A stretch of 64,000 bases of DNA. Source: Felis catus (Eukaryota). Under the pieces are notes generated by a model. The model searched no databases, was not told where the DNA came from, and worked only from the letters and a program-made list of their open reading frames with translations. The DNA is taken from positions 133,860,001 to 133,924,000 of the forward strand of contig NC_058368.1 of the NCBI RefSeq assembly GCF_018350175.1. Direction: 5' to 3'. The position numbers and the translations under genes were made by a program. How positions within the stretch are numbered: position 1 is the stretch's first letter; the number at the start of each line of letters is the position of its first letter. This document shows positions 1-13,000 of the stretch, piece after piece.

Positions 1-167
1 CAAGCAGGGGAGGGGCGGAGAGAGAGATAGAGACACAGAATCCGAAGCAGGCTCCAGGCTCCGAGCTGTCAGCACAGAGCCCAACATGGGGCTTGAATCC
101 ACAGACCACGAGATCATGACCTGAGCTGAAGTCGGTCACTCAACCAACTGAGCCACCCAGGTGCCCC
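1..167 (-). mobile_element. Can-SINE (SINEC), 3' end cut by window start
   Basis: Reverse-complement head ...gagccacccaggtgcccc and (GA)n segment. Confidence 0.92.
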
Positions 168-1176
168 CTGGTCTTAGGGTTTAAAGCAGTGGCAGTGTGT
201 TGCTGAGAATTTCCTGTGGAGCGATAGGAAACACGGTACTGATTGTTGTAGTATAAAACGGCACAAGTCATTTAAGCTGATCATCAAGTAATGACAACAA
301 GGACTCAAATGGGGGCTTACTCTTTGATCCACCAGGAGTTTCAAATGGCAATTATCATTAATTCTTGGATTCCCTCAGTCCTGATAGAAAATCAAGGCAA
401 CCAGAAACTATCATTTTGTGAACAGACAGCTATTAAAAGCACATTAATAATCTGTAGTGGGTATAGCATATGCCTTTTAAAAAGATTTGCAGCTTGTTTC
501 TCTGTGGTGAAGACACAGGACTTCTCCAACCTAATTACAAAGCAATCAAACAATTTAATTAATCTGGAAATCACTTTCTTAACAATAACTGCCTCTACAA
601 TGAGGCACCCTGTGCCGAACCGTTAGGTAAAGCCCCAATTTGTTATATTGCTTGTATGTTGGCCATTCTAGCCCTCCCCCCAACCCCACCCCCGGGATCA
701 GAGAGTTAATTACCTACCAAATGCCTGACCACTACTAAGGTTTACTTTACCAGGTCAAAAACATCAGCGGCAATAACAACATCCTATAAAGTGTCCTAGT
801 GCTCAGACATCCAAGAGCCAGCAAATCCCTGGGAGCAGCAGGATTTGAGTTATAAGCAAGTGCTGCACATATGGGCAGAGAATTAACTGGCACCAGTTTT
901 CGCTTGAGAGTCTCTCAGGTATTGCTTTGCAGATGGGGGGATGAATTCAGAGCGCAGTGCTGTGAGGAGTGAAGGTCATGTGTAGGACGCCGGTTTCAGT
1001 CCGTCTTGCTTTTTTATCCTGGGGACTCGGTGTGCACATCCCTGGCAGCCTGGTCCTCATTTCATGAGTTAAGAATACATATATAAGATGTGCTTTTTTT
1101 GTGTGTTCTAGGTTAGTGGTATTTTGAGCACTGTAAGGCTTTAGAGACTGAGTAGGTAACCTGGAAATCAATTTTT

Positions 1177-1365
1177 TAAAGTTTATTTATTTATTTCAAG
1201 AGAAAGAGTGCATGCACGACTGAGGGAGGAGCAGAGAGAGAGGAAGAAATCCCGAGCTGACAGCACAGAGCCTGATGTGGGGCTTGAACCCATGAACTGT
1301 GTGCTCATGACCTGAGCCGAAATCAAGAGCCAGATGCTTAACTGACTGAGCCACCCAGAAGCCCC
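1177..1365 (-). mobile_element. Can-SINE
   Basis: Typical body; TSD gaaatcaattttt at 1164-1176 and 1367-1379. Confidence 0.92.
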
Positions 1366-2364
1366 AGAAATCAATTTTTATTCAAATAAGAACACAGACT
1401 TCAAAGTTTGACTGCTACCTTTCTAATCTGTTAATCTTGTTATTTCTCCATAAGGAACATTGAGGAATATTCTGTAATAATATCTACAGGATAATCTACA
1501 GAATACTCATCCGCCCTTTTCATCTCCTAGTAGTACCATGCCACTTCTCTCTCCAAATTCCCTACTAATGGGCAGTCATTGTCCCACAGTGGGTAGTCAG
1601 TCACCTGTAGTCTACCCATATTGGAAATGTTTGGTCACTTGTAGTCTGTAATATTTTCATTACTTCATTTCTAGTCCATCACCAATTATGCTAGGTTTGC
1701 TCACCAAAATATTTTTTCTGTTGGCCTTTCAGGTCCTAATCCCAGCACCTCAGCTCCTCTTCTTTGGCCGCTCCTCTGTCCGCCTAACACATTTATGCCA
1801 TCTATTGAGACATCTGTTGAGGTTAAGACATCTATTGAGGCCCTCCTCTGGTTAATACCAATAAACGTAGTTCACAACTCATTGGCTCTACCAGTCTGAC
1901 TCCCCTACTGCCAGAATATCTGTCTCTACTGCATTGCCCTACTCCCTTTGGGTCGTTTCTGTCTCCTTCCTGATGTTCTTCCATTTCTTCTCTTGAGCTT
2001 CCGGAACCGTCTTCAAATAAAGCTATAGTCTCTTGTCTTTAATGAATTGTCAGATATTCTAGTTGAGGCCACCATCATTTTCTCTAATATCCCATACATT
2101 TAAGAGCCTTTGTGATAGTATGTGGGGGGTGTGTGTGTATACACCTTGGCACTTAAATCTAGATCTGCCATAAAACAGGAAGAAAGATCTGTTATTAGCA
2201 AGATTTTGCAGATGGCTTTGTAGTCTTAAGTTTTGGAATTTGCGTTTGATTTTACAGCAATGTAGTGGATGAGAAGAAAATGAGGAATATTTTCAATCGA
2301 TTGGCTTAGAAAGGCAGCACAAAATGCAGAGGCAAAACCCAAAGATTGAAAATGGTTAATGGTT

Positions 2365-2585
2365 GGGGTGCCTGGGTGGCTCAGTTAAGCATCCGACTTC
2401 AGCTCAGGTCGCAATCTCACGGTTTGTGGGTTGGAGCCCCGCCTCGGTCCCTGGGCTGACAGCTCAGAGCCTGGATCCTGCTTCAGATCCCGTGTCTCCC
2501 TGTCTCTCTGCCTCTCCCCCACTCGTGCTCTGTCTCTTTGTCTCTCAAAAATAAATGAACATTAAAGAAAAATAATAATAAAAAC
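2365..2585 (+). mobile_element. Can-SINE
   Basis: ggggtgcctgggtggctcag head, (CT)n, aataaa and A-rich tail. Confidence 0.92.
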
Positions 2586-4199
2586 AGAAGTATTTAATGG
2601 TAGCCTTGATTTTTTTTACATTAAGAGCAGAAAATTAACCTATCTCTTTATATCTCTGTCTCTACCTGCTCATCTTCAAAGTGAGGGTGTTGCCATGTAT
2701 TGTAGGATGTTACATGGCTTCCTAGGGACCGCTCATTAAAATCTCTAAAAGTGAGAAGAATTTTAAGTTAATTCCTTGTTTTTCCCTTCTTTAGATTCTT
2801 AAAAATATTTAATAAGCTCTCTCTAGTTCTAGTTGATCTCATTATAATTTCCAGATGTAGTGTTCCCTTTACAAAGAACATGGGGCTAAGAATTTGGTGC
2901 CAGGTTTCATTATTTATTCTCAAGAAATTGGGTAGCAGAGATTGTTAAACCTCTCATACCGTGGCTTCCAACAATTAACTGTTTTGTTTTTCCTAATAAT
3001 TTAGGAAATCTATATGGGGTGTGAGCAAAGTGAACATTTTTTTTAAATAAAATCTACACTAAGATTTTTGGCATTAGATTCATTTCTCTTTAGGAAACAA
3101 AACTTTTAGCCATGTTGAATTTTTCAAGATCTTTCAAGGCTGTGAAGAGTGATATATAAGCTAAGTTGGGAAGAGATGGGGCAGGGAGAATCAAGGCTGT
3201 TGGGAGAAGTTGACGGAACTTAATTTAGCTGTGTAGATAAATGGACGGAAAGAGTCCTGGTTTACTGGATGGCAAAAGCAGAATCCATTTCTCCAGGGGC
3301 CCAAGGAACAACAGATGCAAAGACATGATAAATTTCATTGCAGCAGAGGGAAAAATGCTTCTAGATTCTCTGTCCATAAAGAAATGGGCTTTTCAGCGCT
3401 TCCTATTCAAATGGCTTTAATTGTGCTGTCTGTCATAAAGTTAATGGCATCTGTTGAAGACATCACTGTAAACTTTGCAACCTTAAGTTAATTGAAAAAT
3501 TTCAGTAGGGGTATAACCAGTCCAGAAGTCCTCAAGGTAACACTAAACTTATCCTCTTTAATGGGTTAGTCTGTTCTTTTTTGCACACAGGTTATAAATT
3601 GTTTACAGCTAGGTACTGACTGGAACATGCAATCTTGTATGCCTCACACCTAACTACAATTGTCACTTCCGTTATAAAATCAGTAATGTGGGAACTGGCT
3701 GGCTGTGAAGGATTAAACAGATCTTCCTGATTTATTTTCCGTGTTTCAAGATCGTACAAGCTTAGTTTGCAGCTTTCCCTCACCTCCTTATTTAAACCAG
3801 CTACAATTCCATCCGGTCCTCAGATAATTCTGCCAGTCTAATTAAACATGCAGAGGGAAGCCGGGTGGTCTGGAGTGTCCTGAACTGCCCCTCACCAGCT
3901 GCCTGCCAAGCTTTCTCAATGATCAGCAGCAGGTTGAGTGTTCTGATGGAGAAAGTAACAAGCCCCCAAGGAGCTGCTCTCTTTACAGTGAGCGGTCTGT
4001 GCTCCCCACCCCCCCCCCCGCCCCCCACGGAAGGATTTAAGAACACCCCCTGCCAGCCTTTGTGTGATAGTGGCTTTTAAAGCCTGCCTGGCCAGTCACA
4101 GCCCAGATGCTTAGGAGCAGGGGGACTGTTGAATAAAATATTGATAAGGGCTAATCCTGCTGGGCCACTTGGGCCATGCTGAGAGCAAGCTAGGTCATT

Positions 4200-4235
4200 T
4201 GGCAGGCTAGAATTCTACCACTGAACCACCCATGC
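4200..4235 (-). pseudogene. Retroposed 5' half of tRNA-Gly(GCC) (tailless retropseudogene)
   Basis: Minus strand reads GCATGGGTGGTTCAGTGGTAGAATTCTAGCCTGCCA, one mismatch to the tRNA-Gly-GCC 5' end as I know it; ends just after the anticodon; flanked by 17-bp direct repeats 4186-4202 and 4238-4254 (14/17). Confidence 0.88.
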
Positions 4236-4861
4236 ACCGAGCTGGGTCGTTTGGGAAACAGGTCCAGACTGCTGGGTTCTTCCCAGGATTTTATGATCAG
4301 TTCTGACATTTCCACCTTTAAAATATGTACCCTGGAATACAAGGATTCATTTTCCAGACATGTACTCGGTTTCTGTTAATAAAAAAATACTAAGGCTGCT
4401 TTTTCTAAAGTAGAGAGCCCCCACCCATTTCTAAAGTAGAGAGCCTCCCCCTGCCACACACACACAAGTTGGAGCATACACTTCTACTTCCATCGCCTGT
4501 TTAAAATGTTAACATCTGCAAGACTAAGAATTAAGACACGTGTATATACGTTATTCTATAGTCCTGAAATACTGAGGTTATTAATCTGTGGAAGACTGCT
4601 GCTTGGTGATGAGTGAATGTGCTTATTTATATACCTGCGCACTTGGAACGCTGTGCTGGGACTCAAGCCCATTTGCTCTTCCGCCCCCGGCATACACACA
4701 CCCCCCCCACCCCACCCCCAGCCCTGCTGCCAGCAAAACTAAAACATTCTTGGAGATGGATGTTTGACAAAAATGTACAGAAATGCATTACTTGCAAGAA
4801 GATGATTCTGGATGTGGGATAGGAATCTTGTTGTGATTTTTCCCTCTGTTTCTCTTTACAG

Positions 4862-4931
4862 GAAATAGCCCTCAAGATAGTCCAAGAAATTTCTCCCCCA
4901 GTGCCTCAGCCCATTTCTCATTTGCACGGAG
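4862..4931 (+). CDS. MAST4: MAST4 coding exon, window exon 1 (GNSPQDSPRNFSPSASAHFSFARR)
   Basis: Polypyrimidine tract ...tctctttacag acceptor, AG|gtaagg donor; 70 nt, phase 1 to 2; translation matches the MAST4 pre-kinase region. Confidence 0.95.
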
Positions 4932-7828
4932 GTAAGGACTTCCTTTGAGTTGAATAGAAAAGTGTTTTGTAGAAGATCCTGTCTCCCGAACCTCACTCTT
5001 CCTCATTCCCCACTGTTCCCTCCTGTACCTCTGCCTTCTGCCTGTGTGATCCTACCCATCGTCATATACGGCTTTCTCTGAAGCTCCCTGCCCAGAGATA
5101 GCTTTGGACCACTGCAAAACTTTGTTGTAAACACTCCTGCTTTAAAAGTTTAATAATGATATCTGACTCATACTGGAGTTACATGAACCTCTCTTGGTCC
5201 TTTCCTAGATGGTGGATTCCCATTGAGGGCAAAAAATGACTGTTTCCATTTCTTTCTCTTATCGCCGGTGCAATGCCTTGTGCTTGATGTTCAACAGATT
5301 ATTACTGAGTTATCTGAGCTTACATTATAAGGATTTGATTGATTTACATGTCCTGGTGCAATTGTTTTTTGTTATTGTTGAAATACTTTTTTTTTTTTTT
5401 AAATGACCTTTCTTGGGGTCGCAGGGTATAAAGTCTAAGATGGCTCTTTATGTGAGAGAGTGAAGCCACCAATTTAGTAATCCCCCTATGAACTATAGGA
5501 CATTTTATGTTTTCTCTTCCTATCTCAGTTAGAATTTGACACCAAGTATTGAAGATACATGTTATTTCTGGGTCATTCAGTCACGAGAAAGTCTTGTTGT
5601 TCAGAGGATCATGGGCATGTGATGTAACATCACACCTTTTTTGTTCTGGATCTTCTACTGGAAAAACACAGAGAACAAAATGCCCCTTCAGCTATAGGTC
5701 TCTGAATATTCAGGACAGATTCAGTTTATGGTCTGATTGTCCTGCATATTTGCTCATTTTTCTCAGAGACCTAACTATACCATGAAGTAGATTAACATAG
5801 CACTAATAAAGACTTGTGTGTAGGTTAAAAAAAATGGTTTTAACACATGTTACTAAGCAGCAAAACCTGGAGTGTCCTCACTGCCATTTGTCAGCACGTA
5901 ATGCATTTACATTACTAAATCCAGAGAAAAGGATCTGTTGGCAGTATTTTCAGAATTCTCTGTAATTAAGATTCCCTTGTAAATGTCACACATTCCCCAC
6001 TATGTGGTAAATGCCTGTGTGTGTAAGGTTCCAGGCTTCACTGTGGGCAGGACACAAGAGTATAAGACATGCTCTCTAAGGAACTTGAGACACCCCCCCC
6101 CCCCCCGCCCGACTTTTGGCCCTTTTCCAGCTTTTCTTCTTTTAGCAACTTGTTTTAAGCACTTTAAAAAAATGCAAAAATTAACAGGTCCCGCAAAGCC
6201 TGTGTTTGCCCAGTGAATATTAATTCATGATAATGCTGCTACTCTAAGTGGAAAAAAAAAACCTTACAAAAAATTAATAAACAAGAACCCACCATAGCCT
6301 TTAAAACATATCTCTTAAAAGAATGCATTTCATCACATTAAGTAGTAAGAAAAATGCAAATCTCATTACAATGTGCATTTAAGCATGACAGAAATCATAG
6401 TCTCTTCATCCTGCCTTATTTATAAAAATGAAGAAAACCTGATAATTAAGTGGGTGACTAGAGGATAGGTCAGTTTGGTTTCTGTGCTATTTAACAAAAT
6501 ACACAAACCCCCAGGCATATGCTAGTTCTTGACCAGTAAACCTTCAACCATGACACAAGATGAGCACAGAACTCTAGCCCATTTTGCATGAATTTACAGA
6601 TGGACCTCCCTCTACAGTCTTCAAAAAGTATTAATTTCAGTTAGGACATGAGTGATCATCTTTTTAAACTTTTATTCAAGTAAACAGAATCCTACATTTG
6701 CTATGAAAACTCAAATTGGTTTATTTTTATATAACCTCTGGTGTGTCTGTCTTCCATCTTAAAGTTGATTTTTATTAAGGAGACATGGAACTCGTGGGTC
6801 TCCATTCCCTTCCATTTGGTATGCATTTTTGAGCCTTTAAGAAATAATACCATTTTTGAGGGTCTCACATTTTATTATTTTGTATATTCAGTTCAGCAGA
6901 GAAGAGATTGCTGTATTTTTTAAAACTATTATTGAGTGAAGGGGTAAAGATCAGGTTTATTAATGTTTTCTCATCTTATATATGTAATATATGTATATAT
7001 ACCCACCAGTAGACATCCCCTGTGATGTAATAGTTTAATTTCAGGCTGGAAAATATGACACTCGCTTGCTTTCTGCATCATCTAATACATATATTAAAGG
7101 TAAAATTCTCATACTGATTTTTTTTTTTACCACTGTGCTAAAAGGCTGAAAATGAGCATTGTAGTATAGTAAATATTTTTATTTTGCTAATAACTGTGAT
7201 ACTGATTTACAATCCATCCGATTACGGAATTAACATTTTTTTTTCCGGGGTGAGAAGATGGAGGTAATAACATTGTTCTGCCTTTCCCGGAAGGTGTGGG
7301 ACTTATTTGGGAACTGCTTTTACTTAGGTTGGAAATATGGAGCCCTGAATACATGCCATAGGTGTTTCCTAGTTGGCTTGTTGTTGCTTACCAGAGTAAA
7401 TCTCAGAATGTATTTGCACAAGCAAATTACTAGAACTCAGCAATCGCCTGCTGAGTTCAGGTCATAAGACGCTTGTTGAGTGCTGGCATAGTTCAGCTTG
7501 TTCCAGGATCAACCAGAATGTCAAATGTGTCACTCCAGGTGACTTATAACAATTAAATAAATAAATCTTCTTCCTCTTCATACAATTATAATAGCCAGGT
7601 TGATACTGGGACTTTTCATTCTTCATTGTACACTGTATTAATCTAAATTTTTGTGAGTCATGTTGAAATGCTGGGTTTTTGTGCCAATCTTTTTGTATTC
7701 TGTGTTCTCATCTGATGTTTTTCGCTTCTTACTTTTTCACTTAGTTTAACATTGAGAGATTTTTACCCACAGGAGAAAAAAAAAAAAAAAAGGAAAAGAA
7801 AAAAAATTACTCTTTAAAAAAGCCTTGT

Positions 7829-8086
7829 GGGGCGCCTGGGTGGCGCAGTCGGTTAAGCGTCCGACTTCAGCCAGGTCACAATCTCGCGGTCCGCGAGTTC
7901 AAGCCCCGCGTCGGGCTCTGGGCTGATGGCTCAGAGCCTGGAGCCTGTTTCCGATTCTGTGTCTCCCTCTCTCTCTGCCCCTCCCCCGTTCATGCTCTGT
8001 CTCTGTCTGTCCCCAAAGTAAATAAACGTTGAAAAAAAAAAATTTAAAAGATAAAAAAAAATAAAAATAAAACATAAATAAATAAA
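7829..8086 (+). mobile_element. Young felid Can-SINE (SINEC_Fc-like)
   Basis: CpG-rich near-consensus body; long tail; perfect 14-bp TSD taaaaaagccttgt (7815-7828, 8087-8100). Confidence 0.96.
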
Positions 8087-8963
8087 TAAAAAAGCCTTGT
8101 TGCTTTGGCAAGGATGAAGTCTGTCTTCCGATAACATTTTATTGGTAGCTACTGCAAAGAAAAGACAGCATTGTTAGCAGGATCCAAATTGCACTTGTGT
8201 GATAGCCTTCTTGAAAAAAGAGGGCATGCTCTCTCTTAAGTACTATATGTAGCGTGTATAGTAACAGCTGATGTGCGGTTGTCATGGTAATGAAAACGCA
8301 ATGGTCTTTTGTGCTCCATTTGAGTAAATAGACACAGAGAACTTGGGGAACTTCATGAGACATAAATTATTTCTGGTCCGTGGATGCACAGGGTAGTAAG
8401 TACAGTCTTGTTTAAACATCTTTTAGTTGTGTATTTTCCAGAGTAAGCAAATGTAATTTATGTTTCAAAACTAATAAGAACATGTCTTTTCTTGGAATTG
8501 TTCATTCATGTGAAATATGCTTATTGATACCTGAGGGAAAGGAGAGTTAATGAATCACAAAACAAAATCATGGTGGGGGAAATGGTGTCCCTCGTTCTTT
8601 CCAGAGACTAGATTCTGATAATTGCTATTAAATGGACTGAATAATTCTTTTAAAAATCATATCATTTTTTACTTTTAAAAATAGGAGGTGTTTAAAATAT
8701 AAAGTACACCATGGAATTTTAAGTCTTCAATAAGTAGCCAAATAAAATAGGACTCACCTGTGTCCATCTTGAGAACCATGTTGTTATAATTATTGTCTTT
8801 TTAAACCTTTAACATTTTTAATTGCTTAAAAATATTTTTGAAATAATGTATGACTTATTTGTTCCCATTTCTTGTATGTGGTATATTTACGAACACTTTA
8901 TTTTGCTTCTTTTTTAAAAAAAAAAACATACTTGATTCATTTGTACTCCAATCATGGTCACAG

Positions 8964-8972
8964 AAATGACAG
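8964..8972 (+). CDS. MAST4: Candidate alternative 9-nt microexon AAATGACAG (inserts [16 protein letters not shown])
   Basis: cacag|AAATGACAG|gtaaat; phase 2 to 2 fits between exons 1 and 2 without a stop; matches my recollection of an NDR-containing MAST4 isoform. Confidence 0.75.
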
Positions 8973-10390
8973 GTAAATTTTACTGAAATTTTAACATTGT
9001 AGTATTTCTGTGATTCGTCCCCTTCAATTTCTCCATTTTGTCTTTGTGGACCATTTGCATTTATTGGAGGCAACATCCATGGTAGCCTGTGATTATATTT
9101 TCCCTTGAATGTAATTTAGTCTCAGATGTCAGTTTTTGTTTTTTTTTTTTTTTTACATAAACATCTAACTGTGACATTTCTGAAATTCAAGTCTAGTGCT
9201 GTTGAATCCTCTGACTTCAACTTACTGTGAATTGTGTCTGTGGTAAATTTGGTCTGCTCTTATCTCTCATTTGGTAAATTGGTATAATCACGCATTACAG
9301 AAAGTCTACATATGATATTCCCATCTAAAGAATGCAGTAAGGCTCTTTATAATGTGTGTTTTTCCTGTTTTTCCCTTGGCAAATGTGCATGTGTTTGTTT
9401 TCACAGTGGTATATGGTTTTGAAGTCACAGTCTTACTCAGAATAAATAATAAAGTAATGATTCCAGGAAACCAGAGATTTCAGAAAGTTCACTTTTGGGT
9501 GTTCCCTTGCAATAGTATTGTCTCTGCTGCTTCATTAACTCATCTGAGACCCTTGTAATGACCCTCACTCATTACCAGAATCTACCCCAGAGGTTACCCT
9601 ATGACCATTTGGAGAGAAGAATCACCTCTTCAAGGACTCCTGACAGTTTTGCCTCTGTGACGGGGCCACGGTTGTACTCTGTGCATTAGGTTCTGTCACT
9701 AGTGGAGAATTTTCATTCTGCCCCTGCCATCACTGGCCAGAATGGGGTGCATACTCAAAACCTGTGCAAGGGGCTTTGGTTCCAACACTTTATGAAGCCA
9801 GGTCATGCCAGAAGGCAGTAACTCTTAAGAGATTCTAAGTATAGGGTCAGTCCCTTTTTTAGTGTGAAAGTAATTCGCTACTTAAGGCTTGAACCAGCCC
9901 GGAGCCTCACTAATCCCTTCCCTAGATGTGATGAGTAGGACACTTGCCTTGAAAACAAGTGGAGCATCTTTAGGCTGTAATGGAAGTCCCCACAGGCTCT
10001 GGTACCTTGCTGGAATTCAGGTACAAATTCCAAAAGATCCATGGCCTCGGTTATCAGTTTCCAGCTACGAGTATTTTTCCTCCTCCCTTTCTGTTTTTAT
10101 TCATTTGAATCTGCTGAGTCTGACCATTGTAATTATCCCTGGTATTCATTTTGTCAAAGTGCGTTAGTGAGAGATCAATAATATGGATCAACCCATTCAC
10201 TTTCTCCTTGTTTGGGTGTATTGATTCAGTTTAAATAAAAGTCAACCTGCTGTATAATGTTTGTTTACTCTGGTCCTTGCTGAACATTTCCTCATCCTCA
10301 CTGACTGTATTTGTGTCATTCGTTTGGCTGAAAATACTCGGTTTCCCTGGAGTTCCCATGCAATGGTACTCCAGTGTTGGCCAAAGCTAA

Positions 10391-10495
<105 letters not shown>

Positions 10496-11899
10496 TAACT
10501 TGTCTCATCCTCCTCACGGCCACACGGCTCTCTTACTCTGTTACATGGGAGATGTTTTCTCTGGGTGTTTCCTGGTAGGAGGGAGAAGATAAATTCTGCA
10601 TGTCTGCCACTGTGAATGGGTTACTTCTCACTTGATGAGCTGACTAATATGAAAAGGACAAACTCTCTGCTACAAGCTTTTAAACCATGGTGCATAAATT
10701 GAGTTAAGTCAGTCCCAGGATCGCAAGTTTGGAGGAGATTGGGAGCTTTCGTTTTAATACCATTTGGTGTAGTTTGGGGGTGGAAATGCAATCTGGTTTT
10801 ATTGCTTTGGTTCCACACCAGCGATGTCTGTACTGAAAATGCCATTAAACCTTGATGGCCTGGGTCTTATTTTCTTGTGTGTCTTAAATGGAGGGATTTT
10901 TGTTTGTTTGTTTGTTTTGGTTGTTTTGTTTCTTTGTTTTTCTCCTCCAAAGAAAAAAAAATGGCAAGCCTTAAATGTGTACCTTCTAGGTAAGGTGTTT
11001 TTTAAAGGGGAGATTAAAAGAATTTAGTTGTAAGTTAAGACAAGGAGACAAAATGAAACCCTGAAGATGGAATAGAGGAAGAAGGATACCCTTGCCCCAA
11101 ACTGTAACATTTCAACAAGAGCCCTAGCAATTAATGGAAACAATTCAGTAAGTTAGATAGATGCTTTCTCAGGTTAAATTAGTGGTGTTGTGGGATATCT
11201 GTCTTTGCCAAGCTTCAGAAGCTGGTGGTCATTTAGAAAGACCAGGTATGTTGTAGGTATTCAGTGAATACCTAATGGAGTGGTCTGAACGCCCTTGAAC
11301 CAGCCGGGATGTGGACTTGATGATTTCAGATTTCCCTCTAATCTGATACATTTCCATCTTCATTTTGTCAAAATCCGTGGTCTTTTGTGTAGGGTTTTCA
11401 TCCGTGGTTTTGTTGCGGTGGTGCTGGTTATTCACAAACCCCAACACTGTGCTAAGCATATAGATTCAGCCATGTAATAGTACTTGCATTGAAAAGACAC
11501 TACAATTAAGTTTATAAACTAACTGGTGTCACCACTGCTTTATATTATGTTTCCAGAATTCCGTATGTAGTATAATGTGAGTTTTCTGGAGCACCTTTAA
11601 TACTGCCGTGTTAAAATCTTATGGATTCTTTTTACCATCTCCTTGGTCATTTTTTGAGGAGAGGTAATTTATTTTCCTATCCTCTGTTCCATTCTGCTGT
11701 GGTATGTGAGCTTATTGTCCATTTAGATAATTTTGGTGAAGCGTCCTGACAGTCTTGAGTAGTTTCAGTGACAAAGAAGGCTCACATCAGGAAAATGTGC
11801 TTCAAATTTGTAAATGGTTTCAGTGGATAAAACTGTCACTAAAAAACAGTGAAGTCACCCTTGGCTGCTGTGTCCATAACCATCAATTTTTTGTTAAGG

Positions 11900-11995
11900 T
11901 TTTTTATTTTTTTTTGATAGAGAAAGGAAGGGGGATGCCTGTGAGCAGTGGAGGGGCAGAGAGAGAGAGAAAGAGAGAGGGAGGGAGGGAGGGAG

Positions 11996-12026
<31 letters not shown>

Positions 12027-12033
12027 AGGGAGG

Positions 12034-12076
<43 letters not shown>

Positions 12077-12205
12077 AGAATCCCAAGAATGCTCCGTGCC
12101 GTCAGCCCCAAGCCCAACATGGGGCATAATCCCATGAACCATGAGATCATGACCTGAACTGAAATTAAGTCAGATGCTCAACTGACTGAGCCACCCAGGT
12201 GCTCC
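11900..12205 (-). mobile_element. Can-SINE with expanded (GA)n/(GGGA)n microsatellite
   Basis: Head ...gagccacccaggtgctcc; about 110 nt purine tract at about 11958-12072. Confidence 0.9.
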
Positions 12206-12587
12206 TGGTTATTTGTTATTTTAGAGGTTAAAAAGTTGGATAACTCCAGTGTGAAAATGAATGCCAAAACTGATCGACCAAGGAAAAAAAAGGGTAATTA
12301 ACTGAAATTTAAGTATTTTTCTTCTACAGAATTTTTGGCAAGTCTCTTGTCTCCAAATTCTTCATTTCAGCTATATGACCTTGATTTGCCCTTCAGTCAA
12401 GTTTTATTGTGGTTTGGATGCAGAGATTTGTTGCTTGTAGGAAAAATAGGGAAGAGTGCAAGATCTTTCATCGTTCCATCTCTAGTAAATCATACACCAT
12501 TTTAAAGAGCAAATCTCTTTTTAAAAAGGGGGAATTAGCATAGAATTGGACCTTGTTTGGTACAAATAAAAAAACCCAGTTGTTTGT

Positions 12588-12800
12588 AAGCACTTATTAC
12601 GTGCTGGGCATTAGTCTAACTACTTAGAATGCATTTTAATCCTTGTTTAATCCCAGCAACAGACCCTGTCGTATAGTTGATGTTATTCTCTTCATTTTAT
12701 GGATCAGAAACTTGAAGCACAAAGAATGAACTGAGGGGCTTTATTAGTTTATTAGTTTATTAGTAAGAGTACCCAGTAAATGGTCTAGACTCTGGGCTCA
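12588..12800 (-). mobile_element. MIR
   Basis: agcacttattacgtgctgggca...cattttatggatcagaaacttgaagcacaaaga. Confidence 0.65.
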
Positions 12801-12948
12801 TGGCTCTTTTGAAGGAATTTACATGGTGTTTCTTAAAATAAACCTTTTAATTAATGAACATGACCTGGCCATCTGTCATAATGGAATTATCACCATCCTT
12901 GACTTCCATATGTAGTCTAAAGAAGAAACCACCCAAGACAGTTTATAG

Positions 12949-12950
<2 letters not shown>

Positions 12951-12994
<44 letters not shown>

Positions 12995-13000
12995 ACACAC
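12951..13000. repeat. (CA)n microsatellite
   Basis: About 25 AC units with one interruption. Confidence 0.95.

Noticed and set aside
4200..4235. Functional tRNA-Gly gene
   Set aside because: Only the 5' half is present; no T arm, B box or 3' acceptor strand
11755..12157. Overlapping ORFs up to 124 aa with ER/SL repeats
   Set aside because: Translations of the (GA)n tract inside a Can-SINE
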